Shown here in pieces: positions 25,310 to 38,674 of a DNA stretch of 64,000 bases. The stretch is taken from NCBI RefSeq assembly GCF_006345805.1, contig NC_042997.1:119784001-119848000 (forward strand), written 5' to 3'. The notes beneath the pieces are model-generated. The model was not told the origin of the DNA, did no database searches, and worked only from the letters and a program-made list of their open reading frames with translations. Made by a program: the position numbers and the translations under genes. Position 1 is the first letter of the stretch. Each line of letters starts with the position of its first letter. Source of the stretch: Octopus sinensis. Taxonomy: Eukaryota.

Positions 25310-25410
25310 TCAACAAAAACAAATATTTTTGCGATGGCACGCATTTCCTAACAGGTGGCTAATATGACAGGCTTCAGACCGAAGACAAACTCTAACACCT
25401 TTGTAAAATA
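25310..25410 (-). CDS. Candidate host exon with CCCH zinc-finger-like spacing
   Basis: Acceptor TTTGCTTTTATTTCAG|; reads xFYKGVRV-C-LRSEA-C-HIS-H (C-x5-C-x3-H); no convincing donor found. Unverified. Confidence 0.25.
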
Positions 25411-25685
25411 CTGAAATAAAAGCAAACGATTAAAACTTTGGTATAATCATTTTTTTAATTTTGCACATTTCGTTATGTTCCCTCCATCTATTTATCCCCT
25501 TTTAGCGTATTTTTGTGTTCAATATTACATTCAAATTTATGCCCATTCAGGTGTGTATAAAAAAGTGTGGGTGAGTGCAAAGTTTTGCTCTAGAATTTTA
25601 CTCATAAGGATCATATCCTGATCTACACAAATTTTTCCACCTCTTTTGCATATTGAACTATAAATATACATCGGTATATATACAT

Positions 25686-26065
25686 AGGCACAGGAGTGGC
25701 TGTGTGGTTCGGGGTTCAGTCCCACTGCGTGGCATCTTGGGCAAGTGTCTTCTGCTATAGCCCCGGGCCGACCAATGCCTTGTGAGTGGATTTGGTGGAC
25801 GGAAACTGAAAGCAGCCTGTCGTATATATGTATATATATATGTATATGTATGTGTGTGTTTGTGTGTGTGTGTTTGTCCCCCTAGCATTGCTTGACAACC
25901 GATGCTGGTGTGTTTACGTCCCCGTTACTTAGTGGTTCGGCAAAAGAGACCGATAGAATAAGTACTGGGCTTACAAAGAATAAGTCCCGGTGTCGATTTG
26001 CTCGAATAAAGGCGGTGCTCCAGCATGGCCGCAGTCAAATGACTGAAACTAGTAAAAGAAAGAAA
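25686..26065 (+). mobile_element. SINE family B (deletion in head)
   Basis: Homologous to 7459-7880. Confidence 0.9.
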
Positions 26066-26289
26066 GAGAGAGAGAGACAAATATGTATACATGCAAACAT
26101 GTGCATTTTAGCGTAGCTTAGTTTACTTCCGTTTCACTGTCTAATGCAGACATCCATGATACATACACTCATACATACATAAATACATACATACATACAC
26201 ACATACATACATACACGCATGCATACATACATACCCTCACACTGGTAGATTAAAGCCTGTTTATATGCTCTGGTCACTACTGTAAAACG

Positions 26290-28591
26290 GTACGTGAATG
26301 ATATACAAAAAGCGTACAAAACAGAAACAACGAAATGCCATCATATGAAGAAATAATATAACTCGTTTACTGAAGACCAACACTCATATAACGATGCTTA
26401 TTGCATGCCAAGAAGCAAATCATTATACGTCCCACCATCAAAAAGTAAAGGATGTGATAGAAATGATGTTTGGAGACAGCAAAAAGAGGACACTAACTTG
26501 CAAACTGACCGCGAGAAGAACACTAAAGAAAAACATTAACCGCAACCAGGCAAGAGAAAATAGAGACATGAGAGGAGGAGCAGTAAACATCACGGAAGCT
26601 CCTTCACGATAAGGCATAAATTGCTTCTGGATGAAAATATAGAGTGAAGAGAAGGGATTTAACCAAGATGCTCTGTGGCTGGACAAAATCCGAAGAAGTT
26701 ATTGCTCCTACGTTACATCCAAGACATATAACTTTGATGATGAAACTCTTGCAAATTCGATCCAGAAACTCCAGGATGGAAAACAACGCCTGGATGAGAC
26801 TTGATTGTTGGGTGTCGGTGCAAGAAGCTAACATTCTACCGATCATATGGTATGAATCTGTACTAGCAAGCTCTGATTGAGAACAGTAGGATACCACACT
26901 GGTTAGCACTGGCAGAGATAAAATTGATCTCCAGTTCAGAACCACCCACATGGCAACAGACTATTGGCCATTTGCATGCCAGAAATTAATACGTAAGATA
27001 TATACAGCATGTTTCAACATTTTCCACCAGGACCATTGTGAAACCAATAACATTATCACAGCGGAACAAGCAACTGGGAAGAAGGGAGTTGGGGTATGTG
27101 CCGAGCAATTGTTGATCAACAAACTGTGATGTCAGAGGTGCGAGGAACCTAGTTTTAATGTGGCTAGACTACAAGAAAGCTTTTCACTTTGTACTCCACT
27201 CATGGATGCTAGAAAACCTTCAACTTGCTAAAGTTCCAGTGAGCATACTCAAATCCATTGCTGACCTGACTTCATTGTGGGCCACCATCTTGAAATTAAA
27301 CACAAATAATGACTTATTATCACTGATAGAATACAGTTTCAGAAATGCATATTCCAAGGGGCAGCCTCTCTGCGATATTGTTCATTCTTTCTGTAAACTC
27401 CTTGTCATTCATGTTAAGGAAACTTGAAAGATATTTCACTGGTTCACAAGGAAACAGAAATACCAATATTACACAAGATTACACATGTAGGGTTGGATAA
27501 TGGTCAGGATAAATGCTGTTCTATGGTGTTGTTAATAGGTGGAAATCTATGAACCGGACTAGAAACATCTCCATGAATGATTTGACCCTTTCCTCTATGT
27601 CTGACGAGGAATGTTACAGTCGGCGAGGGATGTTAAAATCTATGCATGGGTATGTTAATAGAAAGCTCCGAGATGATAATAGCATCGATCATCAAAGCAG
27701 TTTATCATGGACCAATACCTGTATTACTACTACCCAAAAAGATGCCAAAAAGAAATAGAGATGCAAGAAAAGCAGGAAAATATGACAACAGATGCAGACT
27801 TTCTGGAGTTCACAATGAAGATAAAATCCACTTCGTCGGCAGTTGTCCGAAAACATCATCACGGTATTTTCTACCGACGAGACATGATGTTGTAGCTAAG
27901 TCAATCTATAATGAAATCCGCCGGAAGGATAAACCTGAGGACAAAGAAATAAAAGTATGGTAGAAGTTATAGCCACTCATAATAAAACGGAATACGGGTG
28001 GAATGTCCCAGTGAAGACCTCATTAACATGTAAGCACAACAAACCTAATATATATTTGGGATAGTGAAGAGAAGCTGTGCGCAATTATGAAAATTAGTAT
28101 GTTATCATAAAACTGAAGATCAATGGAAAAGAGAACATTTACACTGAACTATTGAGAAATCTGCAGTTGCTCTATCCAGATTACAATTTCAGATTTATAC
28201 CTGTAATTATTGTGACCCTGGGATATGAAACACACTGCTTAAATACCAATCTTGAGAAATTTGAAAAGCCAGAAAAGGGGAAAGCTAACTGGAAGGCTAA
28301 ACATCCAATCAATTACTGGAACTGTAAAAATCTGTAAAACTTTCAGGAACTTTATCATTTTATAAGCATGTTTAGACGTGCTTATATAAGCACGTTTAGA
28401 CATGCAACGATATGCATGGGAATACATACATAAAGAAATATATACAAATCTGTATATATACATACGAACATGCATACATGCATACAAACAAAAAAAAACA
28501 GCACTGTTTGTGCTGTTGAAATTCCAATGAAGGAGCATTGACTCTAAGTTAGAAACCGACTCCTTTGGCAAAGAATCTTGAAATAAACTGA
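26290..28591 (+). mobile_element. R4/Dong-like RLE non-LTR retrotransposon, decayed
   Basis: RT MWLDYKKAF..V.HSW, CCHC-like RCRL.GVH.ED.IH..GSCP, HDVVAKSIY, RLE motif KHNKPN; ends GAAATAAACTGAA; flanked by CATA-rich tracts. Confidence 0.8.
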
Positions 28592-29059
28592 ACACACACA
28601 TACATACACATACCTGCATGCTTTAATACATGCATGCATTCATGCTTGCATACATACGTTTGGGCTGCTTGATTGGACGGTTGATAAGATCCGAGCCATC
28701 GATGAGAATATACGAAGTACCTGATACAAAATGGGAAAGAGATGGGGAGAAAGCCGTAAAACCGATGAAGACTTTGTGGAGATCACACTGAAGATATCGC
28801 CCGCATCATAAGCAGTAAGTATCTTATTTAATAAATATATATATGTGTGTGGTGTATGTTTATATATATAAAGTATTTGATGTGGCGTACAGATATAGTA
28901 TATTAAGAAAAAAGAGGTAGTCAGAATTTTGGATAATTCAGTAATATCGCTTTCGTTCGTCTAACGATTAAAACAAGACCTTGGTTTTTATTATCGTGGA
29001 GGATTCGGTTAAACGAACAAAAGTGTTAATAAATAATTATGACTATCTCCTTTCTTTAC

Positions 29060-29320
29060 TGAAACAGTCTGGGTTTAAAAGGCCCACAGCGTTTTAATAT
29101 TCTCCTAAAAGCCAGAGGGGCGTACTGAATGTGGATGTAGGTGTGTTCAAAAGAAACCTGGATCGTTTCCTGCCAGGAGTCCCTTATGAACTTACCTCAT
29201 GGTAGGAGGCGCAGGTGAGAGCATTGACATCAAACTCCCTTATTCACCAAATTCCACATATACGAGGAGGGTCTTAATGATAACAGTGTAGCATGACCGC
29301 AGCTTTGAGCGGAACCCGAT
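29060..29320 (+). mobile_element. CR1/L2-type LINE 3' end fragment
   Basis: NSLGLKGPQRFN..VDVGVFKRNLDRFL..SNSLIHQ across frameshifts; homolog on minus at 36990-37310. Confidence 0.65.
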
Positions 29321-29348
29321 AAAAAATTAAAATTAGATAAAAGATTAT

Positions 29349-29515
29349 AGGTGCAGGAGTGGCTGTGTGGTAAGTGGCTTGTTTATCAACCACATGGTTC
29401 CAGGTATAGTCCCACTACGTACCACCTTGGGTATATGTCTTCTCCTATACTCTCGGTTCGACCAAAGCCTTGTGAGTAGATTTGGTAGACGGAAACTGAT
29501 AGAAGCTCTTCGTAT
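29349..29515 (+). mobile_element. SINE family B, 5' half
   Basis: Head and CORE-like region homologous to 7459. Confidence 0.8.
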
Positions 29516-29577
29516 ATACATATATATATACATATTCTATATATATATATATACATTTACATATATATATGTATGTG

Positions 29578-29614
<37 letters not shown>

Positions 29615-29652
29615 CTGCGTGTATATATGTATGTGTGGTGTGTGTGTGTGTG

Positions 29653-29694
<42 letters not shown>

Positions 29695-29759
29695 ACATAT
29701 ATATATTGTAGTAGTAACAGAAAAGAGGAATTTCGATTGTCCCCACCTGGTGGGTTGTA

Positions 29760-32450
29760 ATGTATATAAGAAATTAAAAAAGGAAAATACGCACATTTAC
29801 ATGGTTTCAATATAATTTTTAATATATCGACCGGTTTCGCTATCTCTATTCATGATATTATGTTTTATTTATTTGAATATATATTTTTTTCTGAAGAAGA
29901 AATTTGGTCCATGTTGTGTGTGATGAAATTCACGAGTGAGTGACTTCACAAGTAGACAAATAAAGGGAGGTAATTTGCTGTTATTATTGTTATTGTTGTG
30001 TGTAAGGGAGATAACTGTTCAGCTTTCGGTAATGGGTGGGTATTATATATGTGTACAGAAAAGAGACAGATTTTAAAAAACCTTGTTTAGTAGGAGATTT
30101 ATGTACAGTGATGTAATCGTGAATGGAATATGTAAAAATATAAAAATTGGTTATGCGTGCATATTAAGACGTGTTTTGTATTTTTCAATGAAATAAGTTT
30201 CTTGATTTAAACGTTATAGTTGAGAGATTGCGTCTTTGCACTGGTAGAAAGGGAAGACTGTGAAATTTGGTTTGATGTTACTTGCACATTTTTCTATGTG
30301 TTCACTCAGAGGAATTTTTCTGTATTGCGGGAAACGGATTTGCTCCTTATGTAGAGTGATTCTCTTTCTCAATGTCAAACTCGTTTGTCCAATGTACTGA
30401 TGACCACAACCCGAGCAGGTTATTACATAAATTAGGTTCTCAGAGGCACAGGTGAAACTAATTTCAATTGTGAACCTCTGTCCTTGTTTGAAAAGGAAAG
30501 CAGAGCCTTCAAGCAGGTTGGGGCAGGTTCCACAGTTCGGGCGTCCACATTTTTTAACCGTTGGTTTCGTGGTTGTTTTGTAAACTTCGCATTTGTTAGT
30601 AGTCTGTTTAGCGATTTGTCTTGTTTTTTGCATGTGTTGGGTTTGTGTGTTTTCAGGATGTCGTTCATTTTTGGATCTCTAGTTAGTAAAGGGAGAGTTT
30701 GCACAATAGTGTTGAATGCCTCACTGTTTCTGGGGGTGTGTGTTGATATAAAAAGTAATGTTTTGGTTTGAGGTGTGGTGCTATGGTTTTTTTGTTCTTA
30801 GTGTTTTTGTGTCTAATTGTTTGGCACGTTTAATTCCCTCGTCGATAAGAGAGGGTGGATATTGTCTTTCAAGAAGTGTTGTTTTGATGTCTTGAAGACG
30901 AAGGTCCCGAGTTGTTCTATCAGACACTATTGTGCAGATCCTTTTTGCTAAGTTAAAAGGGATGTTTATGTTTATGTATTTCGGGTGGCATGAGTTAAAA
31001 AGAAGATATTGTTTTGAATCAGTTGGTTTATAATAAATGTCAGTTATGATTTCATTGTTGACTTTTTTATCATGATGTCAAAAAATGGTAGTTGTACTTT
31101 GTTATATTCAATTGTTACTATTTATGTCATGTAGTGTTGTTTTGAAATCCAAAAGTTTGTCGATGTTCTCCTTCCAGATGATAAAGCAGTCATCCAGGTA
31201 TCGCTTCTAATTTTCTCTTATGTAGAGGTAAAATGGGTAACCATATTTCTGTAGTGGTACTTCATATAAGGTGAATTCAAAATAACCCATTATTAGGTTC
31301 GCAAGAACAGGAGCTGCTTTCGTCCCCATTGCAATTCCGCATTCTGACGATAGTATGTGTCATCAAATAGGAAATAATTGTTCTGAAGTATAAATTTTAA
31401 GGATTCAATAATAAAGATCTGGTTTATGCGTTCCGGGAGGACTCCGGGGTACTTTTCCAACCAGAATTTAATTACTTTTATTCCATAGTCATGGGAGATG
31501 TTGGTGTAAGGATTGATAACATCGAGGGTGACCAATACTGCCTCTTCATTAATCGTTTTTGGTAGGTGTTCTAGCATGTCTAAATCATCCCTAATGAAGC
31601 TTTTGATGTATTTCAGCAAGGGTTTCAGTAGGATGTCTAGAAAATTGTTTAATCAGTGGGTTTCACAGGCCGGCCCAGCTACAATGAGTCTTAAAGTCAA
31701 GTCTTCTGGCGTTTGGATATTTATATATTTGCCTGGTGGTTGTTTGCAGGCTTCATTGATTATCTTGCTCTTGTGTATTTTAGGGAGGCCATAAAAAAGA
31801 CTGGGTTTACATTTGAAGTTCGTGATGTAGTCTGTTTCTTTTTCTGTCAGGCTTTTTCCATGTAGAAGAATTAAGGATGCAAGATTTTTCATTGTTTTTT
31901 GTTGTTTATAGTTTATAACTTTTTTCGTAGAATGCCTCGTTGTCAGGTCTTTGTCGTTTTTTAGTTCAGTCAGATTTTTCCATTCTAGATTGTTGAGGTA
32001 AGGATTAATTTTTCGTTTAATGGATGTGTAGGGGAAATTTTGGATATGGTTGCAGTAGTCATCCAGTGTTTTATTCCTACCCTTATGTGGAAGGTAATTA
32101 CTTCTGTTTTTGACTAGTGATTCATCTTCGTTGTCGTGGTCAGTAAGTGCTTCTGCGAGACGTATTTTTCTGCAGAATTCCGAAATATTATCTTTAATTT
32201 CATTATGGTTAGCTCTTCGTGGGGTTCGGATGAACTTTAAACCTTTGGCTAGTATATTGATTTTTGTTATGGATAGAGTTTTCTTTGATAAGTTAATGAC
32301 TTTGGGTTTTGTTCCAACTTGTGTCCCTGTTTCTCTGCACTTGGTCTAAAACATGTTGATTGTAGTTCGGTTGGTAGAATTTATTATTTGTGTTATTGTT
32401 ATTAATTAAATCAGTATTATTACTACTTATTATATTCGGGTAGCTGGGGG
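29760..32450 (-). mobile_element. Penelope-like element (Neptune-type) remnant
   Basis: RT fragments (FYGLPKIHK, LRLIVAGP, LVTLDVINPYTNI, AMG-like) and GIY-YIG ORF 30214-30633 (CGRPNCGTC..LIYVITCSGCGHQYIGQT..R...H); HHR relic at its 3' end. Confidence 0.9.
29824..29858 (-). ncRNA. Decayed minimal hammerhead in PLE 3' terminal repeat
   Basis: Minus: ATATC-ATGAATA-GAGATAGC-GAAA-CCGG-TC-GATAT; 5-bp stem I, palindromic ACCGGT stem III, two core substitutions. Confidence 0.5.
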
Positions 32451-32569
32451 GGGGGTGTTGTTCCCTGGGTAAAATGGTTGGGGGCACGTTGTTAGGATTT
32501 CTTCGTTGGAATGAATTCTTGGAATGAATTCATATATATATATACACATATATATTTTTTTCTCGCTCT

Positions 32570-32782
32570 TTTTTCTCTTTTATTTGTTTCAGTCATTTGA
32601 CTGCGGCCACGCTGGAGCACCGCCTTTAATCGAGCAACTCGACCCCGGTACTTATTCTTTTGTAAGCCCAGCACTTATTCTATCTTTTGCCGAACCACTA
32701 AGTAACGGGGACATAAACACACCAGCATCGGTTGTCATGCAATGCTAGGGGGACAAACACAGACACACAAACACAGACACGC

Positions 32783-32827
<45 letters not shown>

Positions 32828-32982
32828 TACGACGGGCTTCTTTCAGTTTCCGTCTACCAAATCCACTCACAAGGCTTTGGTCGGCCCGAGGTTATATTAG
32901 AAGACACTTGCCCAAGGTGCCACGCAGTGGGACTGAACCCGGAACCATGTGGTTGGTAAACAAGCTACTTACCACACAGCCA
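32570..32982 (-). mobile_element. SINE family B
   Basis: Reverse-complement homolog of 7459-7880. Confidence 0.9.
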
Positions 32983-33002
32983 TATATATATATATATATA
33001 TA

Positions 33003-33119
<117 letters not shown>

Positions 33120-33337
33120 TGCTAATATTAACAATCGGTAGAAGTTAGAGATTGACTCAAAATCCGAAGGTTTCATGAGCGGTGCTCCTCTAGCACACGG
33201 TTTCGTATCCTGAAATCAAGTACATTTGATAAAAGCCAACGCACGAACTTTTCGACCCATAAGTCTCTCTGTAAATTCTACAGATTATATATGCACACAC
33301 ACACGCACACACAACACACACACACACACACACACAT

Positions 33338-33375
<38 letters not shown>

Positions 33376-33699
33376 TATATATATATATATATATATGCAC
33401 ACACACACACACACATATATATACCTGTATAAATTCACACGTGCGTATGTACACATTTGCCTACAGAATGTAGGTATGCTGCAGGGGTAAGAATTCGTAT
33501 CGTGAATGTGCTGGAATAGTGTTGGGTTGGAAATGTGTTCGTATACTTGTAAATAAACATTCAGTTATAGTAATGTGTAATATATGAAGACTCCGTTAGT
33601 TTTATAGATCGAAGTTGTGTGTTTATCTACTACTTGCTTGAATTCAATGACACTAGATTTCTAATTAGTATAACGAGAATTTTCAAAAGGAAAAAAAAA

Positions 33700-33870
33700 T
33701 CAAAAACAAAAGACGAAATCTGGTGTGTAAAGAACAAACAGATGTATTAGTTTAGCGCTCGGGAAGTCAGAAAGTCTGTTACGATTCGAGCCTACGCATT
33801 TCGACAGAAAGGAACACAGACATAAAGAAGGAGAGGAAATAAGAAAAAAGGTTTAGTGACTGTTTCACTA
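33700..33870 (-). mobile_element. HHR-bearing repeat family I, decayed copy
   Basis: Homolog of 16750 and 38675; motif CTTT-CTGTCGA-A-ATGC gtag GCTC-GAAT-CG-TA-ACAG. Confidence 0.65.
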
Positions 33871-34073
33871 GATATTTCTCTCTTGTGTATTTTATTGTGT
33901 TCAGTTTATATTTGTGACATATATTTCGCAAACTTTGTCACAGGTGTATTTGTGAAAATGTTGGGATATATATAGATGATAAATTTAATGAATTTACCTA
34001 AATGAATGTTTTTGTTTTCACGCCAAATTCTCGGAGGCTCTTCTAATTTTGCTACCTTGCCAACGCATTAATA

Positions 34074-35073
34074 ACACTGTGCAACACTCAAAAAAGTACA
34101 AGAGATCTGTGGCCATATATATGTGCAAATTGACATGGGAAATCCATTTCTGGCTTTCTTTTTGTTTAATTAGGCATGGATTCTACAGAATTGTCACTGT
34201 ATACCCTTTTTATCATCATTATTAAATAAAATTCCCTACTGCGTTGTAAAATGGGTTTCAACTAGAGACCAGTCTTAGTAACACCTACAATGTGATTCAA
34301 AGCTTGTGTTGAATGTTATTTTTTATCTTTCAGATCTTATTTGTTTTCAATAATGAGTGCAAGACTGCAAAAATGATCCAAACAGATTCTGTTATATCTG
34401 TATGTAGGGAATTGACTTTTGCTAAAGAAAAGCACAGTACTACATGCCGTATCAAGAAAATATACAAGGCATACTTCGATTGTTACTCAGGAGACCAGGA
34501 TAAGTCATGGGTACCTCATGTGTGTTGCCTTACATGTGTGAAGACATTGAGTGCCTGGTATCATGATATGGAATGTAACATGTCTCTAAATGTTCATGTG
34601 CTTCACTCTCATTTGGATTGTTTTGCGGAAAGTCTTGGTGATGTGAGTGATGAGCATGGCGAAAGATTCCATCAGGATATTTCAGTGATGGAGCGATGAT
34701 TCAAAGGAATATGGATTCCTGGTATGTTAGCGGACTACTGCTGGGGTATAAAAAAGATTACACTCCGCACAAGAAGCTTAGAAGGTCAAACGTTGTTTAA
34801 ACTAATAGGTGTGTTTTTAATTCATAACTAATATATGTTTTGTTATACCAACAAAATTTTTGTTTAGTTTTTTGTAACTTTCAGTATTTGCAATGTTGTG
34901 TTCAATATGTAATATTATGCAATATATCATAAAACATATGGTTCATGGTACAGGAAACCGGTGCCTGATCTGGAGAAATAAAGGTTGGAATCAGAATCAG
35001 CACAATCTTTTGACCCAGAAAAAAGTCTTACTTAACTTGTACTTTTTTAAACCTGAAATTTGTTGCACAGTGT
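34074..35073 (+). mobile_element. Internally deleted DNA transposon, probably Sola1-like
   Basis: TIR ACACTGTGCAAC/GTTGCACAGTGT plus subterminal AAAAAAGTACAAG repeat; flanks AATA/AATT; ORF 34313-34699 joins GDQDKSWVPHVCC directly to CNMSL..HSHLD..SDEHGERFHQDI. Superfamily assignment from memory. Confidence 0.7.
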
Positions 35074-35999
35074 AATTAGTGCACTTATTAACGGCAAAAT
35101 ATTTAACGCAAGTCCTGTCCATCATATTATTCCTAATTTCACTTTACAAAAACATTTTACACAATAGAGTACACTTTCCGTATATATCACATTTCAGATA
35201 TTCTCAAATATCTTCCTTGTTCCCTTATAAATTCAAAGCCTGTCTGTGTTTGTAACCAAATTAATGCTTTGAGTGACCTTATCGCTGAATATGTTATCGC
35301 CACTCTTGTCGATGGCAAATTGGTGGCATATTCCTCATCATACTCAAGCGATAAACGAAAATATTATGGATTCCAGTAACAAACGATTTACCTGAGTATT
35401 TTCGAGCATATGAGCTGAGCATGCAACGTTTTAGGCTTTCAACTATTATTTATATTTCCAATTCATAATCGTTTTACAGCGGATTTATTCTTTTCTGGAA
35501 TGCAGTGTTGAGTCGTCCGTAGCATACTTTATTTTATCGTAGTTAGAATTTGTTATGCTATATATAGCATACATTGTGATTTTTTGATCGTATGGTATTC
35601 TGTATGACGAGATGCTTTATAGATAAAATTTTCGATTTCACCTTCTCTGTACTAGTGTTAGACTACTACGGTAGAAATAAACAATTGTGTGAACAGTATT
35701 TTAGGAAACTTCATTATCAGTACATTAATCTCTTGAAACCACTTCAACAGTTTTTATTTCTGTCAGATGAAATATTTGCACGAAAAGATATTTAATCATT
35801 GTTACCATACGTGTGGAATATCGCGATTTAGAAATTGCGAACTTACTAAATATGAAAAGATCTTTTGTACACTAAGTTCATATGTAACTGAAAACTTCTG
35901 ATAGGAAGGTTTCTACTGCATGAAAGAGAATAAGTAATTATAGAGTATAAGGACACCACAGTTTATCCAACTACTTCGAACATTATCGACGATGATGTG

Positions 36000-36790
36000 G
36001 CAAAATTTGAAGCGCACCAATCCATGCACGTCGGGTGTCGCAGAAGAATATCACATGCACAAAGATACTAGGTACAATTCCTGTTTACTGGGGAGAGCTC
36101 AGTTCATATCTACAAAGCTGAGGAAAACATTCTCATGCGTACAAACCTTTTACTTAACAAGTTTTAAATAAACCTTTTGAAACTATTATTCTTTGAATTT
36201 ACGCCGATGATAAAAGGAAGCAGAAATTTCACGCTGACCAGAAGTTTGTTAGTGTGAAAGATGGTTCATCGTTGTGTGCAGATGCTTCCCATTTCACTGG
36301 AGTGATTTACACTATGTTTCTAGGAACTGCGTTATCTTAAAAAGTCGTGACTAACGGAAATCTTGTCATGTCACTTTTCAACAGAGTTTGAGAATTAATG
36401 CTGCTGGATACGCTGAGGTACTCGAAAAAGTGGTTAAAGCCTTTGGAGACGAAGTGAAAAATGGAAGGCCATGTGTTTCACCACGTCTCAGCACACTCTG
36501 AAAAACAAGTGACCCAAGGTTGCATATCATCCAATTTTACGGAGCTGGAACTCCAAACGGGTTGCCTCGACATATGTCAATTCCATTGGCAACTACATGT
36601 TTGTATTGATGTTGGAAAGCAAAGTATTTGACTCCTTCCAAATACAATAATTTCACTGAAAGCCGCCATTGCGTAGATGATAATCGAAATGAATATCAAT
36701 CATGAACTACAGACATCATGACGATTGAATTTCTGCGTTCAAACAGTCATCGAGACTGAAGCTAAAGTCGTAAATCAATCTCAGAGAATT
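36000..36790 (+). mobile_element. maT/DD37D-like Tc1-mariner remnant
   Basis: Degenerate INAAGYAEVLEKVVK..NGRP..F.. followed by a decayed NS.....P..Y-type motif; many stops. Confidence 0.5.
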
Positions 36791-36989
36791 CGAGCACATT
36801 CTTAATTAAAATCAATACGAAAAATTTGTGCGAGATTGGAATTGTTTTATTAAATTGCTATTTATATCCTCAATTAACTTCGCACCCTATATATACATAC
36901 TTCTCTTATCTTCTATCGTTTATATTTTTCTGCCCAAAGGCTGTGGTCAAGCTGGAGCACCGCCACTGAAATAATCTTTTTAGTGACCA

Positions 36990-37310
36990 TTCTTATGTGC
37001 TTGGATTTAGATGAAACAGCGAGTTCGACACATCTGTCCGCTTTTGAGTTTCTTAAGTTGATAGGCTCATCTTTGTCGTTAGACAGTAAAAGATCAAGTT
37101 TTTTCTTGAAAACATCTAAATCTGCTCCTGGAAGAACTCTCAGATGACTTAGCTGCTGGTCCTAGAATCTCAACGTATTGCTCTACATGATCTTCATTCC
37201 AGGCGTGTTAGATGGGAATTTTGAAGCAGTGCAGTGACTTCCAGTTAACTGCCAATCCCTCTAGAATCTTCCTCCAAGATCAGTTCATAAATGTCTATGA
37301 TGTTTCCATT
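36990..37310 (-). mobile_element. CR1/L2-type LINE 3' end fragment
   Basis: Homolog of 29060-29320 (..DLDVFKKNLDLLLS..). Confidence 0.55.
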
Positions 37311-37698
37311 CCTTCAAGACGTTGGTCTTCAAGCGACATATGACCATTCTTAAAGCGAAAAAAACACTCATAAACTTGTTTTCTGCTCATGACATTGTCC
37401 TTTTAGGTTGTGTCAGGCATGAAAACTGTTTCAACCGCCGTTTTTCCTTAGTAGAAAACAGAATTTCACGGAAGCCCACTGCTCCTTCGTTTCAGCTATC
37501 GCAAAAATCTACGAACAGGAGAGACACACTTCAAAACAAAGACGCATCACAAAGTAGTACGACCCGAGCAGACGACGTCAGTCGTCAGACTAGTGACGGA
37601 GGGTCGTACCTAGTGGCGTCTAACGGCAGAAGCCAGAATTATAAAAAAGCTTCTCCCACTGAAAACGTTTCTGATTACTGTTGGGTGATCCTGAATGT
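37310..37698 (-). mobile_element. mariner 5' fragment
   Basis: EQWASVKFCFLL.KN...VFM..KDNVMSRKQVYECFFRFKNGHMSLED N-terminal HTH pattern; TIR-like TACATTCAGGATCACCCAACAGTAATC. Confidence 0.7.
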
Positions 37699-37924
37699 AT
37701 GTCTCTATGTACGTTTGTGTGTATATATATTAATCAAACGACATACTAAATATGTCTAACTGATGAATATAACAATCAAAGCTCTTATTCAAATAGCCTA
37801 AAAAGTCACTGATAATAATTGCAGAAATCAACCATCTGCGAGCAAACGGGTCAAGACAATATTTTAACATACATTCAAGTATTTAGACTTATATATGTAT
37901 GTAAGTAAATGAATGGTAAAGACA

Positions 37925-38200
37925 TCCTCCGGCCACGAATGATCTTGGGGCTGCACCTAGAAACTTTACTTTCGGGTAAGATTGTCTGTGGAGCAGAAGT
38001 AGTCGCCCATGCAGACCGGTATCTTCTCTCCTCTGTATCAATGTTGGTCAAGGGAAGGCCAACTCCAATATAGCTTAGCATCAGCGACGTAGCAGCTCAT
38101 TTCTACAAATAAATGACGTGGAGTAACTTCAAATAAAGTGTCTTCCTTGAAAACACAACGAACAGCCCGGCTCGGGAATCGATAATAAACCTGAATCCCT
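37925..38200 (-). mobile_element. tRNA-derived SINE (family C)
   Basis: Minus strand GATTCCCGAGCCGGGC..TTGTGTTTTCAAGGAAGACACTTTATTT..GTAGAAATGAG body. Confidence 0.6.
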
Positions 38201-38514
38201 AAGTGCTGACTAACGCGTCTTCACAGGCACACACAAACTACACTGCCATCATCCCGGGAATACGGAACATGATCTTAAATAACACGAGATGTGGGAATGC
38301 GGGGAGTGTGTCATTAAAATACTGATAAATTCCATCTAGGGATTATTATTGTTAATACTATATTTATCCATCATTATATCGGCACAGCACGTTGCGACCG
38401 CTGGTCTGTTGTTGCCGGTTGACAGTACTTAACTATAGCCGGCATAATAGAATAACGGCATATATAAGAATATTCAAAACGTTGCCGGTAAAGGAACTTA
38501 AATGGTATATATAT

Positions 38515-38644
<130 letters not shown>

Positions 38645-38674
38645 CATATATATACATAGGGGAAGAATTCGCGA

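Noticed and set aside
37322-37759. 145-aa plus-strand ORF and CpG-rich hairpin 37557-37609 as a host first exon or promoter
   Set aside because: The opposite strand encodes a mariner N-terminus and ends in a TIR-like sequence; the ORF is an antisense shadow and the hairpin has no ribozyme core.
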